Of a stretch of DNA of 64,000 nucleotides, positions 23,616-35,688 are shown in pieces. Source of the DNA: Parasitella parasitica NRRL 2501 (Eukaryota; Fungi; Mucoromycota); assembly GCA_025201805.1 (NCBI GenBank), contig MU619267.1, forward strand, positions 102,020 through 166,019, read 5' to 3'. The position numbers were made by a program, and so were the translations under genes. Numbering within the stretch: position 1 is the stretch's first letter; each line of letters begins with the position of its first letter. Under the pieces are notes generated by a model that worked only from the letters and a program-made list of their open reading frames with translations, did not search any database and was not told the DNA's origin.

Positions 23616-26075
23616 TTATAGGGATCTTTGGATCGGCCGTGTTCTGCAATCAAACTTCTTCATAGCCTTTGGGTCTTGAAGTAACAGCTCTGCTGCATAA
23701 ATTTCAACTTCGTTTGTGATAGGGAGTCTGTCAACTACTATTTTTGTGATGTTTTTTTGCTCGCTGAAATAATAGATCAATCAGGTGTCAATATATGTAG
23801 TATTTACTTGCTTTTTACCCGAGAAATTCCTTCAAATCTTCAACGTTTGTCGTTAAACCTGCGTAATCCAATACGACCAATATAACTTCTTTTTTGGTGA
23901 TGTTTAAAAACTCAATAAAATCTAAAAGGCACAATATATTAATTCAAGAATATCTTCAGCATGTACTGCCTATTACCTGTCGTGGTGCCATCTGTTTCCT
24001 CTATGGTGTCCGCATTGATGTCTCGTTTGTGAAATGGCTGATCGGCATCGGAAGTTTTCGAGACAAAGATTTTATCAACTATTGACCGACTTTGTAGGTT
24101 ATCAACCATTCTTTTTATGAGTCTTATTCTGTTTTCTTCATTTTTGTCACAGGATGACTTTCTGACATATCCCACTATTTCTACACCTAATTTTTTCTGT
24201 GTCTTCAAGAATCCTTGATATTTCTCATTATATTCTAATATATTTTTAATCACATTTGCTACAAACAAAAAGTCAATAAGGAAGTCAATACGAAACATCT
24301 TCACTTTACCGTGGTATTTGTTTTTTAAAACATAAACTAGCTGACCTGCTCGCTTCGCTCACGACGGCCATCGTCGTCCTACCGGGAGCTCAATCTTTTG
24401 ATAACTGCTAATCAGATATTCAATGCTCTTTTATTGTTGTTTATCTATAACTTAAAATATATTGTTAGACAGAAATAAAAATATAGATGTAGTAACGCAC
24501 AATAGGAAAAAAACGTAAAANNNNNNNNNNNNNNNNNNNNNNNNNNNNNNNNNNNNNNNNNNNNNNNNNNNNNNNNNNNNNNNNNNNNNNNNNNNNNNNN
24601 NNNNNNNNNNNNNNNNNNNNNNNNNNNNNNNNNNNNNNNNNNNNNNNNNNNNNNNNNNNNNNNNNNNNNNNNNNNNNNNNNNNNNNNNNNNNNNNNNNNN
24701 NNNNNNNNNNNNNNNNNNNNNNNNNNNNNNNNNNNNNNNNNNNNNNNNNNNNNNNNNNNNNNNNNNNNNNNNNNNNNNNNNNNNNNNNNNNCGACAGATG
24801 CTGTTCCTTCCACCAAGATCATGGCGTTTGGTGAAAGAGGGTGTACTTCTTCTAGCCATTTTATGAGTATTGTTGTGTAGTAATTTGGCACCCAATCTAC
24901 TGGTAGATCGCAAATGACTTTCTTGTCCACAGCTTGAACAAATACGTCTACTGGTTGTTGCATCATTAACGCTGATTGTTGTTTGCTGATCTACTTTCAT
25001 AGTTTCAGATTGAGATCCCAGTTGATACAAAGAGTTCGATTATGATTGTAAAGTGAAAACAAATTGAGTCATACGATTAGCAATGTTGTTAGCGCAATGA
25101 CGATAAGAAGATCGATGATGGCCTACAACACCACAGCTCCCGCAAGTGTTAGTATTAGCACGGGTGTTATTGAGGCAAAGCCTGCTTGCAGAACGCGAAT
25201 GGCCTCCTTGACCACAGCTTGAGCAGATTCTAATAGCAGGCACTCTGTGTTTGTAGTAATAAAAAGTGTCAACATATTTGTATTAAATAAAACAGAGTGT
25301 GCAGCTTAAAAAGTAGCCATTGCTGGTTAGACCATGTCCAATTTCGAAAGATTCAAGCTTTTTCGCCCGAATTTCGACATTATTCACTTTGTTTAGAGAG
25401 TTTTTTAATTTTAAATTAATGTACATGATCATCTATTTCATGTTTTGTTTCATACGTTATAATTTTCTGACGTTTTAAAGTATTTTTAATTAGTTTCTGG
25501 AATTGAAGATGTGCTTGGCTCAACGCCGACTTCTCGAAATTTAACAAACTGGAATGGAACTGAAAAAACCAACTAAAGCATTTGTTAACTCCATTTCTTC
25601 TTGGTTTAGGTTTGTAGCTTCAAGCGACTTTAATGCGACTGTTTTTTTTTATGAAGCATGTAAAATAATTATACAGATATTCCAATGTTGGGTATAGGAA
25701 CCAGTTTCGTTTTTCGATCTTTTTCGTGAATCTTCACCTTCCATAAAGTTTAATTTGTTTTTACCGCAGAACGAGCTGAAGCTATTGAGTGTTTTTTTGT
25801 TGAAATATGTTGAACATTGTACCATTTTGGCAAATAAGTCTGAGAGTGATACTATTTTTAAGTATACATCATCAAGAACAGGTTCGGTACTTCATTAATA
25901 AATTTTAAAACTTGGGCTTTTGTTTCTGTATTGCAAATTAGTAAAGCTATCACCATTAAAACATCAAAATCATTCCCAGTTTGGTTACAGATTCATCTGA
26001 AAAGTCTTCGTTTGGCCTTTCATAAATATATTCTTTAAACACAAAAGGGTTGCCATATAATCTTGTTTTCGACAC
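23616..26075 (-). pseudogene. Intron-containing serine-recombinase (resolvase)-like gene, frameshifted and interrupted by a Helitron
   Basis: The spliced 3' exons read ...EIVGYVRKSSCDKNEENRIRLIKRMVDNLQSRSIVDKIFVS...DGTT / DFIEFLNITKKEVILVVLDYAGLTTNVEDLKEFLG / EQKNITKIVVD...KKFDCRTRPIQRSL*. The 5' portion at 25429-26075 is frameshifted coding sequence. Confidence 0.7.
24337..25428 (-). mobile_element. Non-autonomous (internally deleted) Helitron
   Basis: The minus strand begins A|TCATGT at 25428. It ends with the hairpin ACGACG-ATGGC-CGTCGT, then GAGCGAAGCGAGCAGGTCAG-CTAG|T. It encodes CxxCGxxxHxRS knuckles and RHDLGGRNSIC, which resemble RepHel N-termini. It contains an N gap. Confidence 0.8.
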
Positions 26076-27046
26076 TAGTACAGGAATTGCCGGATCAGTT
26101 ATATAGCACACCTCAAATTGATCGCTAAATGCTTGGAACTTTTCTAAAGCTTGAATGCTGTTTTCTTCATTGAACTTTAGTTGAAAAAAAAATGCAGTGC
26201 TTGATTGCGACTTATAAAAACCACGGCGAGAAGAGTGTGCAAATTTAAAAAAAAATAGTTTTTATTTGAAATCACTCAGGTTAACAAAAAAAACCTAGGG
26301 GTGGCCACGGTAATGACCATGATAATGACTACGGTGAAAAGAACAATATATCTGACATGTCCTTGAAAAGCACGACACTATTTCTCTGAATTGTGCGACA
26401 CTCTTTTCTAAAAACTTACGACACTGATTTTTGTAAAAGTGCGACACTTTAATTTCTTTTCTTGCGACATCGTTTTGGCAAAAGGTGTATAGTTGGAAAA
26501 ATATTCAAAGTTGAATCTCTAATAAAATAATCTCAAGTTTTCGTATCTCATTAATTTAACGTTTTATTTTACACTTTTCTTATTTTCGACCTTGCAGATC
26601 TCAAAACTTCTGCCAAAAGTAAATGTTTAACGAGATTGGACTTGAAAAGCATACGTTTGACTTGGGATTATCTGATGAAATCTTTTGTGTCGAGAAAAAG
26701 TAATGCATACATGCAAAGTTATGAGTTGAAAATACAAATTTTCGTTTTAATATTGCATATTAGTAATATAAATAATAAATAATAGGTTTTGGTAAAGAAC
26801 AAATACATACAGGTTCGACACAAATACTTTGCATTCAGTCATTTTATATCAAATACATAGAAGGATGATAATTTCGGTTGGTGAGAAACAGGAAATTTGG
26901 AATTTCCTCAAGACATGCCTCAAGATATTGGCAATGTACTAGCAAATTTATTACCATATGTGTATATTGTGAAATACGCGATGTTAACCATCTCTTTGAT
27001 AAGCTATACAATGTCAGCATAAATACAATTGATAACAGCGTAGTAA

Positions 27047-28223
27047 TCAAGCAAAGTGCGAAAAATAAGCGTATGTAAAGACGGCCATAAACAACTGGCA
27101 GTCAACACGGTCAGTAAGACCACCATGTCCAGGAATCCAGCCAGCAAAATCTTTAATATTAGCTGCTCTTTTTAGAGCACTTGCAAAGAAACCACCAAAA
27201 GGAGCAAAAAATGAAGCATATAGTGCCAAGATAACCCCATGAAACCGTATATTTTTGTAAATCTCCAGCTCCTAATAGTATGGCAAAGAAAATAATTAAT
27301 AAGATATTCTACTCAGTTACTATACACAAATTACATTGTTAGCAATCAGTCTGCTAAAGTTACAGAGGAAGCCGGAAGTCTGTAATAACGTATATTACTT
27401 TTAGAGTCCTTGATCTCTAAAAACTGATTACATGAAATACTCACGACATAACCAAATAATACAGTGACAAAAAGTGCTCCAACAAAGCCTTCAACCGTCT
27501 TGCTTGGGCTTAAACTAATCAACTTTGTCTTGCCCCAAAGGTTTCCACAAAAATAAGCCGCACAATCATTGCATATGATCAGGGAACAAGGAAAAACGAA
27601 CCAAAAAAGACCACCTTTGGCGATATTCCAATGAATAATCGCAGGCTGTGTCAACGTATACAGAATAGAGAGATGTATCCAAGACTGGTGCGCAACCCGT
27701 TGGCCTAAGCCTGTGTTCGAGTTGGTCCGGTTCAATATAAACAAGACCCATCCAACAAACCCTGTGCGTCAACGACTTGTTTTTAATATGCAATCCTATT
27801 GAGGTTTACAGAGTATAGACCTACATTGCGTGTAAAGCATAAAACACAAAAGCAGCTTGGTGTTATCGAGCCACAACACATCCACTAAGCAAAGGAAAGA
27901 TATTGTGAACAAAATCCTAACCCAAGTTCCGATTGTAAGTATTTATGCTGTATGTTGCGTATAGCTTGATTGACTAAAATACCAATCTGAATAAACCTGA
28001 TCTTTTCCCACATGAACATTATCCATGGTTAAGCGAATTCTTCGAAGTTCCTATCATTACAGTTTATATGAATATATAAATGCGTTTATCACCCAGTTTA
28101 TGATCTAACATGAAAGACTTTTGCTTGTACAGAAGATGTTAAAGCAAAAAACAATTTCTCATTTCCAGATAAAAGAACGGTTAGCACCACCGATGCCATT
28201 AATATACCAGCAAGTATTCTCAT
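27047..28223 (-). CDS. CDS1: Phosphatidate cytidylyltransferase (CDP-DAG synthase), short divergent copy, multi-exon
   Basis: [31 protein letters not shown] and [42 protein letters not shown]-type signature. The start is inferred at [11 protein letters not shown]. Confidence 0.8.
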
Positions 28224-28732
28224 TTAAGTTTGATAAGAAGAATGAAGAGTAGGCAAAATATATGCGTACAGCTACTCTTTATATATACAGCTTTTGTGAT
28301 AATCCTCGACAAGACTGAATCAGGCTTAATGTCAAGCACATACAGCAGCAGCAGGCTTGAAGGGGGGGGGGTTTAGACACATGTGATGGCAGTCTCTAAT
28401 CAGTGATTACCACTAAAACCTGTTTATGTTAAAGCTATTTGTTGTATATATAGGTTTGATTGCACCATTTCCCAGCGCATCCTCTTCTCATTATAAGATC
28501 CCTGATAATTAACCATCAGATCTGATGTTATACGCAAGCATTTGAGCAATTCCACTTGCTATTGTGACGTCGAAGAAAAAATTGGCTACTTGAAATTCGG
28601 CATACAACTTGCACCAAAAAGCAAAAGGGAGAAGAGCTCCTATTTAGTTTCTTTCTTTTTCCTATTTTAACCTTTCTACTACATTGATAAACATAAAAAA
28701 AACTAGAAAAAGCACTAAGTTATAGAATAAAA

Positions 28733-29882
28733 ATGCCAGTTAACGACGCAAAATATATCAAGGAAGTCTGGGCAGAGAATCTGGAGGAGGAGATGGCTTA
28801 CCTTCGTGATTTGGTGGAAGAATATCCATACTTGGCTATGGTTAGAAATAGAAATAGCTGCAATGCTCGTCCATCTAAATACGTAATAAAATAGGATACT
28901 GAGTTTCCTGGTGTTGTTGCTAGACCTATCGGCACGTTCAAGACATCTTCAGACTACCACTACCAAACTCTGAGATGCAACGTGGACTTGTTGAAAATCA
29001 TTCAACTAGGTGTAACTTTTGCTGATCAGTACGGCAACCTACCTGGAAATATATGTACTTGGCAGTTCAACTTCAAGTTTAATTTATCGTAAGGATCTCC
29101 AGCAACTGAGAGTATATCGTGAGGGGCTAACAAATTCGGTTAACAGAGACGACATGTACGCTCAAGATTCGATTGAATTGCTCACCAAGTCAGGCATCGA
29201 TTTTAAAAAACACGAAGAATATGGTATTGATGTGGAACATTTTGGCGAGTTGCTGATCAGTTCAGGCTTTGTTTTATTGGATGATGTTAAATGGATATCC
29301 TTTCACAGTGGCTACGACTTTGGATATCTGTTAAAAGTATTAACATGCTCAGTCATGCCTGCCGACGAGACAGAATTTTTTGAGCTGTTACGAACCTATT
29401 TCCCATGTATATACGATATCAAATATTTAATGAAGAGCTGTAAGAATTTAAAGGGTGGGCTACAAGACATTGCAGATGATTTACAGGTTGGTTTTTTTGT
29501 GTATGTGGGGCTTTTGCCAGTTGGATTTTGCATTAAATAGGCATACAAATAGGTGGCAAGGATTGGTCCCCAACATCAAGCTGGCAGTGATAGTTTATTG
29601 ACTTGTACCACCTTTTTTAAAATGAGGCAGATGTTCTTTGAAGATAGAATTGATGACCAGAAATATCTGTAAGTGTGTCAATTGAGAGTTGAAGTATAAC
29701 GAATAGTCTACTCACTCCTTAAAAACTATAGTGGTTACTTGTACGGTTTAAAGTGTAGTCGAAATAATACATCTGTTCAAGCACTCACAACAGCTACAAA
29801 TAACTTGTCAATAGCGATATCTGATGAATCAAACACCAACAACAATATTAATAATAATGCCATTAAATCTAATGGGAAATAA
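28733..29882 (+). CDS. POP2: CCR4-NOT deadenylase subunit CAF1/POP2 (CNOT7-like)
   Basis: [49 protein letters not shown] and [15 protein letters not shown]. Confidence 0.95.
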
Positions 29883-30524
29883 AACAACATAAAACAGAAA
29901 AAAAAGGAAAATTTGCTTGTTCAGCCTACATAATTATCACTTTATTTATTTACAGTTCAACAAATTAGCTGTAATGGAAGAACTGGCTTTGGGTTTTTTT
30001 AAGCTCTATTGCGTTAGCACTTCCCCCTCTCTCCCCCCCCCCCTTTTTTTTTTGTTTATTTTGCTGATATTTTTTTTTGGATGAAGTTGTACCGAAGATG
30101 ACCTGAGCCAACGAAAGTATGTTCATGTCATTTCAAAGTTAAGTAGGACTAAGATATTCATACGAATACTACAAACAAACAACTGCATCGGTGTGAAGCA
30201 GTAGCAGGCAACTTTAAACAATTTTCCCTAAAGATAATGAAAAGAAAACCCAAAAATACTTCTACCAAAGCCGTGATTGTCAAGTCCATGATAAAGTTTT
30301 TTTTTTTTTTTTTTGAACGCAAAGGGGCGAATTTGTGTATTCCATTATTATTATTATTACTATTATTATTATTAATAGCTGGAGGTGCCACATCATCAAG
30401 ACATAATAAAACTGGAGATTTGTATTGAAACAAAGTTTAATGTTTTGGTATAAAAAATTGCAAAAGAGATGGAGAGAGATAAATATTTATATATGCAATT
30501 TTTTTGAGATTGTGTTTGACGATT

Positions 30525-31711
30525 TTACAACTTGGGATTTTCAGTGATGAAGGTAGATCCCTTGACAATGTTACCCTTCAACTCACTAGTAGCATCAGTG
30601 AACAGTTTCTTTTCATACTCGTTGATATCACCAATGGGAAGGATTTTACTGACGCCATTAGGACCTAATTCAACAGGGACAGAGAAGAAATCAAGACCAT
30701 CACCGATCAGCTTCTTAACATCAGAAGCACCTGTCTTATCAGCCTTAAGGTCGACATAAGTGCATTCAACGATACCGGTCTTATTGCCAACGACAGCGTC
30801 AATAATATTCAAAGCGAAACGAGCACCAGCAAAAGCCATGGAAAGAGTAGCGGAACCAGCACCGTCCTTGGCCTTGACAACTTCATCGCCACCAAACTGG
30901 ATACGGTTGGTTACCTTTTCAATTGCTTCCTGAGTCAACTTTTCAGTACCCTGGACTTGAGACAATAAAGGCAAGATAGTAACGCCACTATGGCCACCAA
31001 CGACAGGAACACGAAGAGAACTGGGACAACCGCCAATTAATTCTGAAACAAAAGTAGAGGCACGCACGATATCGAGAGTAGTAACGCCGAAGATTCTATG
31101 ATGTGCGAGAACTTCTGGTTATGTTCTGATTCTAATCGCAAACAAACAAACACTCGGACTCTTACCTGCGAGGGTCATAGACGTTGAATTGCTTGAAAAC
31201 TTCAGCAACAATGGGCACAGTAGAGTTAACGGGGTTAGAGATGATACACATAAAAGCATTGGGGGCAAATTTGGCAGCTGCAACAGCAAGATCACGAACA
31301 ATACCAGCATTAATCTTGAAGAGGTCATCACGAGTCATACCAGGCTTTCTGGGGACGCCAGCAGGGATGACAACTAGGCAAAGTAGGTTTAATTGGTGTA
31401 ATTGAGGTTATTTATTTCTCTATCCTTACCGACGGTAGAATCCTTGATAGCTTCTTCGAGTTGTTCGGCACCTTTATGGCCAGTAACCTTGGATTTGGTG
31501 TTGATATGGCTAACCCAGATTTGCGGTTAATCTTTGCAACAAAGACAAGCCAATGATTCTCATCTAAATCTTACCTCAAATCAGCAGCAACACCGGGAGT
31601 ATTGACGATATCGTAAAGAGACAGATGAGTGATATGCTCAGATTGCTTCAAGAGCAAAGAAAGGGGTTGACCAATACCACCAGCAGCACCGCATACAGTT
31701 ACTTTGACCAT
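30525..31711 (-). CDS. MDH: NAD-dependent malate dehydrogenase without a mitochondrial presequence, C-terminus PKL
   Basis: [58 protein letters not shown] and [13 protein letters not shown]. Confidence 0.95.
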
Positions 31712-32652
31712 CTTGTATATGTTTATGTTTTCTAAAGAAAAAGGATTAGAGAGAAAAGAGAAGAAGATTGGAAATGAAAAGGTTTGGGGTTTTAAAAGTT
31801 TTAAGAGTTTCTCTTTGGGTGAGAAACTTGTTTGTGGGATTATGTATAGAATAACCGACCACCCCGCGCATTTTCATTTCAAGGAACGAATCGGTTAACT
31901 CGCTTACTATGATGATAAAGCCAGATTTTCACATGAATTAATAGGGTTCATCAATTATTATAGCCTACATGTGAAGATCATCTTGGTCCCTTTTATTTTG
32001 TTTTTTTTTTCGTTTAGTCGTTTAAGATAGAAAGAGAGAGAGAGAGAGAGACAAGTAAGCAAGTTAAGCATGGCTACTTGAATTTCCATGGTTATGAAAA
32101 CATGTTTCCTTGTTCAAGCGGGGATTGCCATGGAAACTGGATTCAAGTAATAATGTGCATGTGTTATAGCAATAAAACATTTACATTTACCCCGCATTTT
32201 TGCATCTAATTTGAATCCGCTTTTCGCCATGTTACGGTAACTTGAACTCTGTTTCATTTGTTTTTCGGACAAAACACATTGGGCAGTTTGATTTTTTTGA
32301 TGAAATTCAACGATCTACAGCTACAATCAACTCTACCGTTCGTGACATTGTCGCTTAGCTTGAACCTGGTTTATACTTTTTCTCCAACATGCTTTTACAT
32401 TTAAATGAAACTTGCACTGTGTTTTTTTTTTCTCTCTAGTATGCTAAACGGAAGAGCTAGACTTGTTATAAGTAAGCTACATAAAGATTTGAAGGAGGAT
32501 TGGAGTATAATGGACATTTGCTCATAGTAGTTGTTTGTTGACATCATTTGAATTGAACTCCCGTGGTTGCTGTGCGAAAAAAGATTTCGTTGGAGATGAG
32601 CCAAAAACTACCTAGTTTGCCAGGGTAAACATTTTATTGCTTCATCTTTCAA

Positions 32653-35600
32653 ATGACTGCAGCAATTACTGATAAGAGAGTAGTAGTAGCGACACTATTT
32701 TTGCCGTACACGGTTGATTTCCATGTTAAAGAGAAGAAGAAGCGTATTGCTACTTCGCCAGCAACGCCTGATACGCCGACAACCGTTCCAAATTTGCTTC
32801 AAAGCTTAGCAAAACATCAGCTCAAAGAAGGCGACAAGAAAAAAGACCAGCTCTTTGATTTCACTCAACCCGAACAGCTGGTTCAACCACGTAGTAAACA
32901 ACAGCGTGAAGAAGAGATCCGTAAACTGACTCCTTTGCTATCTGTTATGCCACCTCAAAGCAGAAGACCATCGATAGATTGTGCACAAGTGTTTGCAGAT
33001 GCGCCATGGTCAATTAAACCATGCAGTAGTGGCAACATTGGGCTCAATAATGCTCTTTTCTCTATTCAGGACAAATTGCATGATTTGGCCTGGGTAGGCA
33101 CTGTAGGGATGCCAACTGACCCTTTGTCGAAAAAGACTCGAGATGAAATTTATGCAACATTTACTGAGAAACACAATGCATATCCCGTCATGCCTTCGGA
33201 TAGTGTCTTTGATGGACACTACAATCGATACTGCAAGCAAGTGCTCTGGCCGTATTTTCACTATATCGTGCAAGATGATCCTCAAAACATGATGTCCCAA
33301 GATGGTCCTTATAAAGCCTACCATGAATTAAACAGACAGTTTGCTGAGACAATCGTCAAGAATTACAAAGAGGGTGATATCAGTGAGTATCAACACAGCG
33401 TCAATGCGACACAAAACTAAACACATTATCACCCAGTCTGGATTAACGATTATCATTTAATGCTTGTACCTGGTTTAATTCGAGAGAAGATCCCTAATGC
33501 TACAATCGGGTTCTTTTTGCATATCCCTTTTCCTAGCTCTGAACTATTCAGATGTTTACCGCGTAACTATATTATATACACAAGCACTCGTTTGCACAGC
33601 ATTTAATCATGACTCACTCCGATTTGTTCTATTATTAGCTCGAAAGCAACTACTAGAAGCCATGTTGCAATCAGACGTCATTGGCTTCCAGACTTACTCT
33701 TTTGCTCGCCATTTTCTTCAGACGTGTGCGCGTATTCTTTCCGTGGATGCAACGCCCTCTGGTATCCAATTAGATACTCATTATTGCTCGGTTGGCATCC
33801 ATCCAATCGGCATTGACATCAACGCACTGAACAAGAAAATATCGGATCCTCTGGTAACACAATGGGTGTCCAAACTGAAAGAGAAATACGCTGATAAAAA
33901 GCTAATTGTTGCGCGGGACAAGCTGGATTACATCAAAGGTGTCCGTCAAAAACTGCTTGCTTTTGAACAATTCTTGACGAAACATCCAGAATGGCGCGGC
34001 AAAGTAGTTTTAATTCAAATCGCTTTATCCACATCTGAGCAGAATGAATTGAGAGCACATATATCTGATGTGGTCTCTCGAGTTAATTCAAAGTTTAGTA
34101 ATATATCGTATCAGCCCATCGTCTTTTTGCATCAAGACATTTCATTCTCGCAGTATTTGGCTCTGTTGACTTGCGCTGATGCTTGCTTGTTGACTCCTCT
34201 GAGAGATGGCATGAACTTGACTTCTCATGAATATATTGCTTGTCAAAGGGAGACTCATAACCCATTGATTTTAAGTGAATTTACGGGTACTTATGGCAGT
34301 TTTGGCGCTTCGGTTAGAGTGAATCCATGGGATTATCGAGTAAGTTTTCTGCTTTTCTCCTTTTAAAAACAATATAATAACGGCAATTTTTTTTTCTTCT
34401 TTTTACAGCAAGTGGGCGATGCCATTCATGAGGCTTTGTCTATGGGTCAGGAGGAAAAGGTAGGCAGATGGAAAGAGCTATACAAGAGCATCGAAACAAA
34501 CTCTGCTCAAAACTTTGCTACCAACATCATTGCTCGCCTATCAAAAGTGCACAATGCGCCTGGCCGCCGCTTTTCAGTGCCGTTGCCTAAATTAACCTCT
34601 GATATATTGGTCAAGGCTTGCAGTAAAAGCCCAAAAAGATTGTAAGAGATTGTGTTTATCCATCGTGTTCAAGTATATGCACTCATACATGCTCCAGGTT
34701 TTTGTTTGATTATGGTGGAACTTTGATTCCTCACGGAAAACCTCCCGGCTCGGAGGATTTGAGCCGGATTTTGGAGATCCTGACTAAGCTTACAGCAGAC
34801 CCAAGAAATGCAGTTTATGTGATTTCTGGTAGAACAAAGATCAACATCGAGACAGATCTAGGGTCTATTCCCGGTTTAGGTCTTAGGTTCGTTTCTGTTC
34901 TCGCATGTAAGATGAGTTATTTTGTACTAAAAACTTGCTTTGCTAGTGCTGAAAACGGATTTTACATCAAATCTCACGGAGAAGATTGGCGCCAAGTGTA
35001 CGAAAATGTTGATTTTAGCTGGAAACCCACTGTCAAAGAGGTACACGATACATCTTGCAAGCAGCCTGCTTTCTTCAAGTAACTTAACCTGTTTTTTTTT
35101 TTAGATCTTTCAATACTATACAGAACGTACTCCTGGCGCATATGTAGAATCTAAGGATACATCAATCGTTTGGGTAGGTATATGTTAAGTATGCAATAAT
35201 ATATAGCACAGTCTCAAACGTATACGCATGTAGCATTATCGAACATCAGAAGGCGCAGACTCTCAATATGTGTAAGTAGAATGCGCATAACGAATACAAA
35301 CAATGTAGAACTAACTCGGGTCTTTCATGCGTACAAACACAGTTCTTGGCAAGCAGCTGAATGTCAAAACCATATAGCAGATTCAGTAAACAAGAACTTT
35401 GCAGTTCATGCAATCATTGGAAACACCACCATAGAAGTGATCCCGCATGACATTAACAAAAGTTCCATTGCTAATCGAATTTTACAGGAAACAAGCCCTG
35501 ATTTTGTATTATCTGTAGGCGATGATCGCTCAGACGAAGATTTGTTCAGCTTTTTAAAGAAGCAAAAGAACCTAGAGAAAGTTATCACTTGTACGGTAGG

Positions 35601-35688
35601 TACAAGAAGTACAGAAGCAGATTACTTTATACCAAATGTCAATGGTGTTCTGGCTGCACTTGATCAATTATGTGCAAACCTACAATAA
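32653..35688 (+). CDS. Trehalose-6-phosphate synthase/phosphatase complex subunit (GT20 + HAD domains; TPS3/TSL1-like)
   Basis: LWPYFHY, WINDYHLML, FFLHIPFPSSE, RDKLDYIKG and RDGMNL in the GT20 part, then FDYGGTL, ISGR, AENG and GDDRSDED in the HAD part. Confidence 0.92.

Larger units (their letters stand above)
22785..26487. mobile_element. 3.7-kb DNA element with long TIRs and TA flanks, carrying a serine-recombinase-like gene
   Basis: TA-CACCTTTTGCCAAAACGATGTTGCAAG at the left end and CTTGCGACATCGTTTTGGCAAAAGGTG-TA at the right. The TIRs span 22785-23128 and 26077-26487, and the right one has an extra ~95 bp. Confidence 0.9.
22015..26607. mobile_element. Long foldback (palindromic) element, ~0.9 kb once the nested insertion is removed
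   Basis: 22146-22440 is an imperfect inverted repeat of 22490-22784, and 22015-22145 is the inverted repeat of 26490-26607. The right arm is interrupted at a TA by the 22785-26487 element. Confidence 0.8.

Noticed and set aside
22785-26487. Fanzor/TnpB or DDE transposase inside the TIR element
   Set aside because: No RuvC or DDE motifs were found in readable frames. The CxxC motifs belong to the nested Helitron.
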